Shown here: piece after piece, positions 19,419 through 28,874 of the stretch | Layout of the letters: the number at the start of each line of letters is the position of its first letter | Position numbering within the stretch: position 1 is the first letter of the stretch | The notes under the pieces: generated by a model | Told to the model about the DNA's origin: nothing | The model's database searches: none | The model's input: the letters and a program-made list of their open reading frames with translations, nothing else | From: Candidatus Aenigmatarchaeota archaeon | Lineage (GTDB): Archaea; Aenigmatarchaeota; Aenigmatarchaeia; GW2011-AR5 | DNA: 64,000 bases | Reading direction: 5' to 3' | NCBI GenBank assembly: GCA_016198685.1 | Contig: JACQID010000004.1 | Span: forward strand, 192,001 to 256,000 | Translations under genes and position numbers: made by a program

Positions 19419-20243
19419 ATGAAAATTTTCATAGATACCGGGAGCTTGGAGGAAATAGAAGAGGCTTATTCTTCCGGGATAATGGACGGCATCACTACCA
19501 ACCCCTCTTTGATGAAGAAGGCTGTTGAGGAACTCAAGAAATCCGGCCAGATGCTTGACATGGAAGATTATATCAAGCGAATATTGAAAGCCGCACGCGG
19601 AACGCCCGTGAGTTTGGAAGTCACATCGTCTGATTATGAAGGAATGGTCAAAGAGGGCATTGTGCTTTTCAAAAAATTCAACCCTGTTGCCGGGAACGTA
19701 GTCATCAAGGTGCCCTGCAATACGTCGATTGAAGGGCAAAACAGGCATTTTGACGGTCTCAAGGCCATAAAAGCGCTTTCCAGCGAAGGAATTCCGGTTA
19801 ATTGCACCCTGATATTTACGCCTGAGCAGGCTCTGCTTGCAGCCAAAGCAGGAGCAAAGATGGTCAGCCCTTTTGCAGGAAGAATTGACGATTTCATACG
19901 GTTAAAGAACTCTATGCATTTTGGAAAATCCGATTATTTCCCGGTCCAGGGAATCGAAAAGGACGGAAAGAAACTCGAAGATAATGGAGTGACATCAGGC
20001 ATTGACTTGGTTGCACAGTGCGCCGAAATATTCAGATATTACGGGATAAATGCCGAAGTTCTTGCGGCAAGCATAAGGAATACCCGCCAGCTGAGGGACG
20101 CCTCGCTTGCAGGCGCGGATATAGCGACAGCACCTTTGGAAGTTATAAAAGCTGCAATGCGGCATCCCAAGACAGTAGAAGGAGTCAAAGTATTTTCAGC
20201 GGATGTGGTGCCAGAATATGCTGCGATGGGTAATGGAAAATGA
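19419..20243 (+). CDS. tal: Transaldolase, small TalC type (ORF track start 19353)
   Basis: IFIDT, GITTNPSL, VIKVP catalytic Lys; SLEV (Glu) and TLIF (Phe) fit transaldolase rather than FSA (Gln/Tyr). Confidence 0.92.
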   Translation: MKIFIDTGSLEEIEEAYSSGIMDGITTNPSLMKKAVEELKKSGQMLDMEDYIKRILKAARGTPVSLEVTSSDYEGMVKEGIVLFKKFNPVAGNVVIKVPCNTSIEGQNRHFDGLKAIKALSSEGIPVNCTLIFTPEQALLAAKAGAKMVSPFAGRIDDFIRLKNSMHFGKSDYFPVQGIEKDGKKLEDNGVTSGIDLVAQCAEIFRYYGINAEVLAASIRNTRQLRDASLAGADIATAPLEVIKAAMRHPKTVEGVKVFSADVVPEYAAMGNGK

Positions 20244-21544
20244 AGGATGCGTCTTTTTTCTCGTTGGATTCCCTTGCCAAAGAAGGTCTTCCTATAATAA
20301 AGGAAAGGCTGCGTGTCGAGATTAAAACCATGGAAAGAGCGTTATCGGTTAATTCTGCAGACGGTCGTGAGTTTGCAAGATTGCCGTTTGATAATGATAT
20401 GCTTGGTGCTGTCAAGAATATGATAAAGGAGAAACGGGCGCTTAAGCCTGAATACGTTGTAGTCATAGGCATAGGCGGCAGCAGTCTGGGGACAGAAGCA
20501 GTTGGCCAAGCTGTGGTTTTGAAAGGCAAAAGACCCAAGTTACTATATGCCAACACTGCAGATTCCTTCACTCTCCAGTCAATTATGGAAAAAATCGAAG
20601 AGGTTTTGGCCAAGAAAAAGACTATCATTCTAAATTGTGTAAGCAAGTCCGGAAGCACCGCCGAAACCGCTGCAAATTTCCAGATACTTCTTGCTATCCT
20701 GAAAAGATACAGGAAAGATTATGCTAAATTTGTCGTCATAACTACTGATAAGGATTCGCGGCTTTGGCATGCCGCACTGACGCAGGGATTCTCCGTGCTT
20801 GAAATACCTTCAAGAATCGGCGGAAGATATTCCGTCTTCTCGGCTGTCGGACTTTTCCCGCTTGGAATGGCAGGAGTCAATCTGGATGGACTTCTTTCAG
20901 GCGCAGCTGCTATGGCGAAGCGTTGCGTTGAGAGAGATGTTGAAATGAATCCCGCCGCCATGTCAGCCGCCATTCTCTACTGGCATCTGCAGAGAGGCAG
21001 GAAAATTCATGATACGTTCCTGTTTTCACCGGCCTTCGAGTGTCTTGGTAAATGGTACAGACAGCTCATGGCAGAAAGCGTAGGCAAGGCCCTTGACAAG
21101 AACGGGAAGAAAGTAAGTGCAGGCATGACACCGACAGTTTCTCTTCCTCAGGATCTTCATTCCATGGCGCAGCTCTATCTCGGAGGTCCGCAAGACAAAT
21201 TCACAACCTTTGTCAAGTCTGAGGATAACGGGGCTGCAATAAAAGTTCCGTCAATGAAAGAATATTCGGGGTTATCAGAAAACATACAGGGCAGGTCGCT
21301 TTCTGAAATTACAGACGCTCTTTATGGAGGCATAGTTGCGGCTTATAGAGACGGAAAGCGCCCATTTGCGGAAATTCATATTCCAGACAGATCCTCGCAA
21401 TCGATCGGCCAGTTCTTGCAGATGAAGATGATGGAAATGTGCTATCTTTGCTATCTGATGAATGTCAATCCTTTTGACCAGCCAGCTGTCGAATCGTACA
21501 AATTCAATGCGAGGCAGATGCTCGGCGAGAAAAAGGGGCAATGA
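20240..21544 (+). CDS. pgi: Glucose-6-phosphate isomerase, PGI family
   Basis: IGIGGSSLG, SKSGSTAET, GGRYSV, QLMAES.GK, NPFDQPAVE.YK. Confidence 0.95.
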   Translation: MKDASFFSLDSLAKEGLPIIKERLRVEIKTMERALSVNSADGREFARLPFDNDMLGAVKNMIKEKRALKPEYVVVIGIGGSSLGTEAVGQAVVLKGKRPKLLYANTADSFTLQSIMEKIEEVLAKKKTIILNCVSKSGSTAETAANFQILLAILKRYRKDYAKFVVITTDKDSRLWHAALTQGFSVLEIPSRIGGRYSVFSAVGLFPLGMAGVNLDGLLSGAAAMAKRCVERDVEMNPAAMSAAILYWHLQRGRKIHDTFLFSPAFECLGKWYRQLMAESVGKALDKNGKKVSAGMTPTVSLPQDLHSMAQLYLGGPQDKFTTFVKSEDNGAAIKVPSMKEYSGLSENIQGRSLSEITDALYGGIVAAYRDGKRPFAEIHIPDRSSQSIGQFLQMKMMEMCYLCYLMNVNPFDQPAVESYKFNARQMLGEKKGQ

Positions 21545-22206
21545 TTATGAATGTATTTGTCGGGATAGACAGGGACGGAACGATAATCAAAGATACCGGC
21601 AACAGGCAATATCTTGGAAGATCGGAAGGCTGGGAAAACGAAATAGAATTCCTGCCTGGCGTGACAACCGGCATAAAAGCGCTGAGAAAGATTCAAGGCA
21701 TAAAAATTTATATGATAAGCAACCAGACAGGCATCGGGATAGCCGACTTTTCTGATCTTACTGAAGAAAGGGCGCACGATGTTTGCAAGGAAATACTAAA
21801 GCGCCTGGATAAAGAAGGCGCCGCTCTTGACGATTATCTGTTCTGCCCGCATATCTCAAAGCATTACATTACGAAACATCCGGAGAGGAAATTTGACCCT
21901 GCTTATGTTCGCGAATGTGACTGTGCGAAGCCCAATCCCGGCATGCTTTTCGCGGCGATGAAGAAAGATGGCATGGCTAAAGGGAAAGCGCATATCTACA
22001 TGATCGGTGACAGGGATAGTGATGTAGAAACAGGCTTGAATGCCGGAGGAATAGGCATACTCGTGCCTTCTGAGAGCCAGCCGGGCCATGACAAGAAAGT
22101 TTTGGCGATGAAAAATCCCTCCGCTTTTGTAGCTAAAAACTTTGAAGACGCTGCAAACCTCATATTGAACAGAGAATCACTGTCTGCCGGAAGAGTTCCA
22201 GAATAA
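21541..22206 (+). CDS. HAD-IIIA phosphatase, GmhB/HisB-like
   Basis: DRDGT, SNQ.G, CPH..CDCAKP..GM, IGDR.SD. Confidence 0.85.
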   Translation: MIMNVFVGIDRDGTIIKDTGNRQYLGRSEGWENEIEFLPGVTTGIKALRKIQGIKIYMISNQTGIGIADFSDLTEERAHDVCKEILKRLDKEGAALDDYLFCPHISKHYITKHPERKFDPAYVRECDCAKPNPGMLFAAMKKDGMAKGKAHIYMIGDRDSDVETGLNAGGIGILVPSESQPGHDKKVLAMKNPSAFVAKNFEDAANLILNRESLSAGRVPE

Positions 22207-22239
22207 TTCTTTTTATATTGTAGGAGCAAATACAAGCTC

Positions 22240-23511
22240 ATGGCTCAGCTGAAAAAAGAGCTTTCTCTTGTGACCGCCATATTCTACGGCGTTGGCATTA
22301 TTCTTGGCGCGGGAATCTATGTGCTGATAGGTCAGGGCGCTGCCGTTGCAGGAAATGCGCTCTGGCTCTCTTTTGTCGTGGCGGCGGTCATAGCTTCCTT
22401 CACAGCAATGAGCTATGCCGAGCTTGCAGGAATGCTTCCCAAGACCGCGGCAGAATACGTATATACGAAAAAAGCCTTTGGCAAGGAATGGCTGGCGTTT
22501 GCCGTCCAATGGATAATGATATTTGCTCTCATCATTAGCGCAACAACCGTGGCATTAGGGTTTGGAGGATACTTTTCTTATCTATTTGGTATCAATCAAG
22601 TATGGGCGGCGGCAGGCCTTCTCATAGTTCTTTCTCTTATCAGCTACACAGGAATCAAGGAATCAGTCCGCTTCAATATTCTGGCAACTATCATAGAAAT
22701 GATCGGGCTTTTGATTGTCATAATTCTCGGGATAGGCTTCATAGGAACGGTTGATTACTTTGCCGCGCCCGCAGGGATGACCAGCATACTCATGGCAACA
22801 GCTCTTCTGTTCTTTGCTTACATAGGCTTTGAAGAGGTTGTCAACCTGTCGGAAGAAACAAAGAACGCGAGCAAAGTTATACCGAAGGCGCTCCTAATTT
22901 CAATAGCAATAACCACCGTGCTTTACATACTTGTGGCAATATCCGCGGTTTCGATAATGCCTGCAGGGGAACTTGCCAAGGCAAAAGCCCCGCTCACGGA
23001 AGTCGTAAGCAGGGTGATGCCGCAGGCCGGATCCATCATGACAGTGATTGCATTGTTTGCGACTTCAAACACGGTATTGGCTATTCTTGTTGTGGCTTCG
23101 CGTATGCTCTACGGCCTCGCAAGGAATAACGTCCTTCCTAAGCTCTTAGCCAAACTCGGAAAAAGCCGGACACCGTATGTTTCCGTGTTTCTTGTAATGC
23201 TTGTGTCGCTGGCTTTCCTGCAGTTCGGAGCCATCGGCACCGTGGCGCTGCTTACGGATATCGGCATATTTGCCGTTTACCTCTTCATCAATGCCGCTGT
23301 CATATGGCTGAGATACAAGGAACCGAAGGCCAAAAGAACGTTCAAGTCTCCGCTCAATATAGGCCGATTTCCGGCCCTTGCCGGTCTTGGGATAGTGAGC
23401 TCACTGCTAATGCTGCTGCATTTTGAGTCTGTCCTTATCTTTTACGAGATTCTTGTAGTCCTTGCCGGATTTTTGATATATAAAGCATTCCGCTTTATGG
23501 CAGGTAAATGA
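22240..23511 (+). CDS. APC-family amino acid permease
   Basis: GIILGAGIY, YAELA, FFAYIGFE; about 12 TM helices. Confidence 0.92.
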   Translation: MAQLKKELSLVTAIFYGVGIILGAGIYVLIGQGAAVAGNALWLSFVVAAVIASFTAMSYAELAGMLPKTAAEYVYTKKAFGKEWLAFAVQWIMIFALIISATTVALGFGGYFSYLFGINQVWAAAGLLIVLSLISYTGIKESVRFNILATIIEMIGLLIVIILGIGFIGTVDYFAAPAGMTSILMATALLFFAYIGFEEVVNLSEETKNASKVIPKALLISIAITTVLYILVAISAVSIMPAGELAKAKAPLTEVVSRVMPQAGSIMTVIALFATSNTVLAILVVASRMLYGLARNNVLPKLLAKLGKSRTPYVSVFLVMLVSLAFLQFGAIGTVALLTDIGIFAVYLFINAAVIWLRYKEPKAKRTFKSPLNIGRFPALAGLGIVSSLLMLLHFESVLIFYEILVVLAGFLIYKAFRFMAGK

Positions 23512-23576
23512 ATAGAATCAATAATATGTTATAAAAAAAAGAAAACTGTCTTGTCTATACTAGTTAATCAGAAGAA

Positions 23577-23750
23577 TTAGAACTTCCTCTTCTTAGCATA
23601 GCAATCTTTGCAGAAAACAGGCCTGCCTTCTGTGGGCTTGAATGGTACTTCGCATTCAGCGCCGCATTCAGAGCAAGTTGCTTTGTGCATTTCACGGGGA
23701 CCGAAATCCTTGCGGAAGCCGCCACCGTTTCTGCCGAAACCTTCTCTCAT
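23577..23750 (-). CDS. CxxC-x17-CxxC domain protein, 57 aa (not in the ORF track)
   Basis: Manual translation: MREGFGRNGGGFRKDFGPREMHKATCSECGAECEVPFKPTEGRPVFCKDCYAKKRKF. Confidence 0.9.
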   Translation of the reverse strand: MREGFGRNGGGFRKDFGPREMHKATCSECGAECEVPFKPTEGRPVFCKDCYAKKRKF

Positions 23751-23879
23751 GTTTTATTCCTCCTTAAAGTATAACGAGCGGAAAGCTTATAAATTGCTCT
23801 AAAATCAGGAAAAATTATACTATTGTTACTACTTAATAACAATTTAAATAGATTTCTGTCTTTGACTTTTGGGATAATC

Positions 23880-24077
23880 ATGTCTATAGCAGATAAAGTA
23901 TATCTATCAGATGGGTTCGTATTAAAAAATGTAGCTGCTGCGTACATTTTCATGAAAGTTCGACAAGAAGGGGATGTTCCGCCTTATCCTACTACCCCTA
24001 ACTCACAGAAAGCAACACTATGTGCAGCTATGCGACTAGGATACCGACCAGAATATCGGGATGCTATGTTTGCATAA
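23880..24077 (+). CDS. Hypothetical protein (ORF track start 23823)
   Basis: Short AT-rich ORF, no motif. Confidence 0.4.
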   Translation: MSIADKVYLSDGFVLKNVAAAYIFMKVRQEGDVPPYPTTPNSQKATLCAAMRLGYRPEYRDAMFA

Positions 24078-24144
24078 TTAGACTATTTTATAGTAAAATA
24101 ACTACTTTATAGTAATTTAAATATACTTCTATCTTAGCATTCAT

Positions 24145-24624
24145 ATGGGATACAGACTGCCGCTGGAAACTCCGGAAACAAAAGAAGATGTGTTCTTCTA
24201 TGCGCCAACAGGAACATCCAAGAGCATGGTAGCGTTCCCTGAAGGTTATAGGGTCGATTATGATACGTTCCTGCTTAATAATGCAATGAACAATTTCGAA
24301 GCGAACTATTTTGGCAGTGTCCCTCACAGGAGATTTCTTCCCGAAATCAAGGAAGCTCTTATTGTCATGGAAAAAGAATACCCTGGCTTGAGAGAAAAAA
24401 TGGACAAATTAAAAGACCGTGTGGATGCCCTTGCGGAAGAGAGAGTGGATTTAATAGGAAATCTGTATAGGGTCAGGACTCCAATGGAAGAGATATTACA
24501 GAACGAGCAGGTACTGGAACTCAACGCCAGACAAAATGCTCTGGAAGAAGTTCTGAAACCGGCGCTTTATACTGCCTACAAATTCGTACAGCACTACCTG
24601 CCAAAGCATAGTATCATCATATGA
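24145..24624 (+). CDS. Hypothetical protein with a coiled-coil region
   Basis: 159-aa ORF whose stop abuts the tRNA-Thr 3' end. Confidence 0.6.
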   Translation: MGYRLPLETPETKEDVFFYAPTGTSKSMVAFPEGYRVDYDTFLLNNAMNNFEANYFGSVPHRRFLPEIKEALIVMEKEYPGLREKMDKLKDRVDALAEERVDLIGNLYRVRTPMEEILQNEQVLELNARQNALEEVLKPALYTAYKFVQHYLPKHSIII

Positions 24625-24725
24625 AGCCCCGGGCGAGAGTTGAACTCGCGACCTTTACCTTACCAAGGTTTAGCGACGATGTCTTATGGCATTCGTTAAC
24701 GCTCTACCAACTGAGCTACCGAGGC
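24625..24725 (-). tRNA. tRNA-Thr(GGT) with non-canonical 28-nt intron at 28/29 (intron 24670-24697)
   Basis: Removing the intron gives TTACC-TTGGTAA-GGTAA. The central BHB helix AGCG(23-26)/CGCT is perfect and flanked by 3-nt bulges. Confidence 0.92.
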
Positions 24726-24778
24726 ACCTGCTTTACTTTGGAAGAAAAGCTTTTATTATTCCACCGGCATTTAGCAAC

Positions 24779-25141
24779 GTGATAAAATACCATCATTCTG
24801 ATGCCGTGAAGACCCGTATAAGCGAAATAGCCGCTAAATTAGGCATCAAGCATGACCTGTCCCGCGTAGCGTGCGTTGAAAGCGTAGGTTCAAAAAGCAA
24901 GCGAACTCTTGCGCGTTGCCACGCGTTGCCGCGCATAATGCAGGTGGCACTTGGAACAAAGGCCCATTACGTCATAGAGGTCATAACTGAGAATTTCTCG
25001 CGCTTGCCAAAGGCAGAGCAGGACAAGACCTTGATTCATGAGCTCATGCACATACCCAAAAGCTTCGGAGGCGGGTTCCGGCATCATGATTACGTCTGCA
25101 GGAAGAACATTGATGAGATGTACAGGAAGTTGGGGGAATGA
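24779..25141 (+). CDS. Putative zinc metallopeptidase (true start probably GTG 24779)
   Basis: LIHELMHIP HExxH motif; the ORF-track start at 24686 overlaps the tRNA; TATA-like TTTTATT about 25 nt before the GTG. Confidence 0.8.
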   Translation: MIKYHHSDAVKTRISEIAAKLGIKHDLSRVACVESVGSKSKRTLARCHALPRIMQVALGTKAHYVIEVITENFSRLPKAEQDKTLIHELMHIPKSFGGGFRHHDYVCRKNIDEMYRKLGE

Positions 25142-25144
25142 CGC

Positions 25145-25432
25145 TCAAGCTTTCGCTTTCTTCATGTCTCTCTTGAACTGCTGCTTCAGTTTGGGCACTC
25201 CTAATTTGGCTCCGCAGCCCCCGCATTTGACAGAAAATGGCCTTTTCCATTCCTGTTCAACATATGATTCATGGCCGCATTTTGGGCACTTGTACTCGAC
25301 GCGCGCAATGCCGTCGGATTTTGGAACGAGAACGCGTATCTTCCCCTTGTCTTCAACATTTCTATTCGTATGATAAAGCGTACTTGAAGGCTTTAGCGAG
25401 TTTGCTGCGATATAATCATCTATCTTGCCCAT
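25145..25432 (-). CDS. Zn-ribbon protein
   Basis: CPKC..CGGC. Confidence 0.75.
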   Translation of the reverse strand: MGKIDDYIAANSLKPSSTLYHTNRNVEDKGKIRVLVPKSDGIARVEYKCPKCGHESYVEQEWKRPFSVKCGGCGAKLGVPKLKQQFKRDMKKAKA

Positions 25433-25475
25433 GTCATCACATATAGTTAGATATGCTTCTCCTTATAAACGTTTA

Positions 25476-26282
25476 CTAAGCGACTCCAGCAGCGCCAAAT
25501 GCAATGGCCATCAAAACCGCGGAGAAAGCCGTGATTATCACGGCGTTTTTATGGAAACTTATGGCCATTAACAGGAGCATGTCGGCGGCAAGCGCAAAGA
25601 AGACATAGATATAGCCTTCAATGCCAATCCCAAATGGCACGAAGCTGATTGCAATAGCCAGAAGTAAAAACGCTGCGGCAATGGTTCTCGCCCGATTTAC
25701 ACCGTATTTTTCAGCAATGGATGTTGTGTTCTTCCCGTTCATCATCGCAGCGACTCCGTTGTATATGTCTGCTCCTGCCGCCGCCAAGAAGAGAAAAGAC
25801 GCAAGAAACAAGCCCGGTAATGGATTGACGCTTAAAAGAGCGCCAAATATGAAAGGCCCCACCACAAGAGCTGCAAATGCAAGATTGCCAAGCAGGGTCA
25901 CGCGCCTGAGTTTCCAGAAATAAATAAGAGAAAACAAGAAAGCTGCTATTGATATTAAGGCCATGTTGGCACCAAGAGGGAAGGCAGATAGTGTTGCTGC
26001 CACAAAGAACGTGATGGATGCTGCAAGTGCAGTGTGCGGCAAAATGCCGTCTTGTTCTTGTGAAAAATAACGTAATAACGACATTATGCCAGCGCATATA
26101 AGCAGGGCAGAAAGCGCGGCAAATGTCACGGCATTTGCAGGATTCGTGCCGCCTGAAACCATAGCTGAAGTATAAACCGCACCTGCGGTCAAAGCGCATA
26201 TTTCAGGGCGGATTAAGGCCGCATAATCTGCAAAGCCCGGATTTCTCATGGCAGGCAGAGGCGGGGTGATGTTTGATCTCAT
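25476..26282 (-). CDS. UbiA prenyltransferase-fold membrane protein with degenerate active-site motifs
   Basis: LIRP N-terminus, GN..A motif and UbiA-like TM pattern; both Asp-rich motifs absent. Confidence 0.7.
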   Translation of the reverse strand: MRSNITPPLPAMRNPGFADYAALIRPEICALTAGAVYTSAMVSGGTNPANAVTFAALSALLICAGIMSLLRYFSQEQDGILPHTALAASITFFVAATLSAFPLGANMALISIAAFLFSLIYFWKLRRVTLLGNLAFAALVVGPFIFGALLSVNPLPGLFLASFLFLAAAGADIYNGVAAMMNGKNTTSIAEKYGVNRARTIAAAFLLLAIAISFVPFGIGIEGYIYVFFALAADMLLLMAISFHKNAVIITAFSAVLMAIAFGAAGVA

Positions 26283-27064
26283 CCTTTAAGCCACCGTGTT
26301 ATTTCTTTCATGAGGGCCGGTTGCTCGGCAAAAAGGTTGGTTCCATGCGCTGCGGTATCGTAAGTTCTAGTTTCCTTATTCTTGATTATAGATCCGAGTT
26401 TGCCGGCGGTGCCGCTGGATGATATGTCCGAAGACCCCTCTGCCATGAAAACGTACTGGTTCTTTCTTAGCATGCGGGCTGCAGGCTCGGTCAGGACGCC
26501 CCTATATGCGAGCCCGGCCGAAAGCAGGACGGTTTTTTCGATTTCAGGATGCCTACACTGATAAATCAACGCAAGATTAGCACCTATTGAAGCGCCTGAA
26601 ATGAATGTTTTTTCAATTCCTCTTTTCTTCAGATATTGTATTCCATCTTCAACGTCCTGCAGGGAACTTTGATGTTCTGCATCCGAGAATTTTCGAAAAT
26701 CGAGTTTTTTGTTGCCTTGTTTCGTGCTTTCTCCATGACCGCGAAGGTCGATGGCGAGAACAGAAAATCCGTTTTCATTCAAGATTTTCGCAAAATTATT
26801 CCAGCTTTGTTTTGTGGATGGCATCATGTGCAGAAGAAGAACTCCAGTATTCGAGCCCGGCCAGTAATTGCCCTCTATCGTAATGCCGTCGCTGGTAACG
26901 AAAGAAACTTTCTCCATTTTATCAATAGGCGGCGGATGCTTATAAAAATAATGCCCTAAAAAATCAATCGCTATTATTATGATGATGGCGGAATCTGGGA
27001 ATAAGAATAGAAATACAATCCTTTGCTTCCTTGCGAACATACATATCTGTAAGGGAGCCGGCAA
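26279..27064 (-). CDS. Alpha/beta hydrolase (start uncertain)
   Basis: LLLH, IDLRGHGES, GASIG nucleophile elbow, AAHGT. Confidence 0.88.
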   Translation of the reverse strand: MPAPLQICMFARKQRIVFLFLFPDSAIIIIIAIDFLGHYFYKHPPPIDKMEKVSFVTSDGITIEGNYWPGSNTGVLLLHMMPSTKQSWNNFAKILNENGFSVLAIDLRGHGESTKQGNKKLDFRKFSDAEHQSSLQDVEDGIQYLKKRGIEKTFISGASIGANLALIYQCRHPEIEKTVLLSAGLAYRGVLTEPAARMLRKNQYVFMAEGSSDISSSGTAGKLGSIIKNKETRTYDTAAHGTNLFAEQPALMKEITRWLKG

Positions 27065-27067
27065 GGC

Positions 27068-27238
27068 CTATGGCGAAAAGGCCTCAGACAACGCCGCCTT
27101 TTCATATTCTCCTGCCCGTAGAAAGTTGAAAGCCGTAGTTGCAAAGGCGTTCGCTGAATATAGAAAAGTAGTTTCATACTTGATATTAGAAGGAGTGATG
27201 TATTTTACTCGATTTATGACTTGCATAGCTTTCTTCAT
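27068..27238 (-). CDS. Small hypothetical protein
   Basis: GGTGAT SD 7 nt before ATG 27238, directly after rpl40e. Confidence 0.45.
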   Translation of the reverse strand: MKKAMQVINRVKYITPSNIKYETTFLYSANAFATTAFNFLRAGEYEKAALSEAFSP

Positions 27239-27258
27239 CAAGGATATCACCCGTGTGA

Positions 27259-27444
27259 TTATACCTTGGCGCCGCGCCTTTCCTTGGCCTTGAGCCTTAA
27301 ATCCTTAGAACCGCACTTCCTGCATTTTGACTTTCTCAGGGCCACCTTGGCCTGCGTAGTCCTGAGTTTCGCGTTGCAGTTCATGCAAACGTATACGTTC
27401 AGATAATTCCTTTTCAGTACCATTTCGTTTAGTTTCTTAGGCAT
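27259..27444 (-). CDS. rpl40e: 50S ribosomal protein L40e
   Basis: VCMNCNAK..KCRKCGSKDLRLK. Confidence 0.9.
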   Translation of the reverse strand: MPKKLNEMVLKRNYLNVYVCMNCNAKLRTTQAKVALRKSKCRKCGSKDLRLKAKERRGAKV

Positions 27445-27483
27445 AGCTAATCATAGTTCCATAACTTTCTTAAATCCCATACC

Positions 27484-28311
27484 TTATACAGACATGTGCC
27501 TTAATATAGATATTCTTTCCTCGACGGGCGGGTGCGTAGAAAATAATTTAGCCAAAAAATTGGGCGCAAAGGGATTGATTATAAAAAGCGCTGACATGGA
27601 AGGATCCCCTTTTGCCGGCTGAGCGGTTGCTGCGGCCGATATTTTTTCCAAAGCGCTTGCCAGATCAAGCGGGTCGGAAATATGCGCCCCGAACTTGTCA
27701 GCTTCAAACTCGCGGCCGCGAGAAATAGCAAGCTGGATGATCGTTGCAGCAAGGGGCGCAACTATCAAAAGCAGCAAATAACTTGCAGCGCTCCGCTCTT
27801 CGTTGCTACTGAATATGAACATGTGGGCGAACCATGTTATCGCCCCTGCAAGGGTAGCTGCCATGGCGCTTATGAGAGTGTCCCTGTTCTTTACATGGCC
27901 TATTTCATGAGCCAGAACGGCTTCGATTTCTTCTGTATTAAGATGTGCAAGCAGACCCTTGGTCACAGCTACAGCGGCATGTTTAGGATCCCTGCCTGTA
28001 GCAAAAGCGTTGGGGACGTCGGCATTGACATAATAAAGGGGCGGGACCGGTATGTCGGCCTTTTTGGCTATTTTCTCAAGCGAGGCATAAACTTCAGGAT
28101 AATCATTAGTCTTGACCTTCTTCGCGCCATATGCCATAAGAACGAACTTGTCAGAATACCAGTATGCAAGCAAATTGGCGCCTAATGCCATAAGAAATCC
28201 CAGAGCCATCCCTGCAGCTCCTGCAAAATAGTATCCTACGCCAAGGAAAAGAGCTGTCAATATGGTCAGTGGAATCAGGGTTCTGAAAATTGAAGACATA
28301 ATCTTATACAA
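27484..28311 (-). CDS. htpX: M48 membrane zinc protease HtpX
   Basis: PNAFATGRDP, LAHEIGH, SRGREFEAD, STHPP. Confidence 0.95.
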   Translation of the reverse strand: MYKIMSSIFRTLIPLTILTALFLGVGYYFAGAAGMALGFLMALGANLLAYWYSDKFVLMAYGAKKVKTNDYPEVYASLEKIAKKADIPVPPLYYVNADVPNAFATGRDPKHAAVAVTKGLLAHLNTEEIEAVLAHEIGHVKNRDTLISAMAATLAGAITWFAHMFIFSSNEERSAASYLLLLIVAPLAATIIQLAISRGREFEADKFGAHISDPLDLASALEKISAAATAQPAKGDPSMSALFIINPFAPNFLAKLFSTHPPVEERISILRHMSV

Positions 28312-28316
28312 CGTCC

Positions 28317-28874
28317 TCAGATATTAAAGCGTTTGAACTCCGCATCCAACAAATAATTGCCGTATTTTTTTGTCCAGTTTATGGATCCGGGATTGTATTT
28401 TTTCCCTATTTTCCCTGAAATCATGTTTTTTATTATGAGTGCCGCTTCTTTACCGGATTTTTTTGACGTGTCTATTTCCACAACTTTCCGGCGCTTGCCG
28501 AGGGCTTCAATAGTTATAGTATCAAGAATTTCGGCCTGCACGTTCTCTCTTATCTTACGGGCGCTCCATTTGCGCGATTTCAGCCGTTTTTGTATTTCTG
28601 TAGGATTGCAGCGCAGAACTACGATAATATCCGCCTTAAGCAGATGGGACAGCATTCCTTCGATTATCGAATCGCCTTTTATCATCTTATTTACGGCTTT
28701 CTGCAGTTTAGTAGGATCTACTATCATAGCTTTTCTCATCGCATCTCTACCGCTGACTGCGCCGTGCAATGCCGCGCTTTTTGTGCTTATAATCTTGAAC
28801 CCTGTGATTATCGAGAGCGCTTTAGCGACCTGCGTCTTTCCTGTTCCCGGGGTTCCTGCTATTGCTATGATCAT
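28317..28874 (-). CDS. Archaeal AK6-type adenylate kinase
   Basis: IAGTPGTGKT, VLRC.P..RL..R.W...K..EN..AE. Confidence 0.9.
   Translation of the reverse strand: MIIAIAGTPGTGKTQVAKALSIITGFKIISTKSAALHGAVSGRDAMRKAMIVDPTKLQKAVNKMIKGDSIIEGMLSHLLKADIIVVLRCNPTEIQKRLKSRKWSARKIRENVQAEILDTITIEALGKRRKVVEIDTSKKSGKEAALIIKNMISGKIGKKYNPGSINWTKKYGNYLLDAEFKRFNI

Noticed and set aside
24686-24778. N-terminal extension of the metallopeptidase ORF
   Set aside because: It overlaps tRNA-Thr antisense; GTG 24779 with an upstream TATA is the better start
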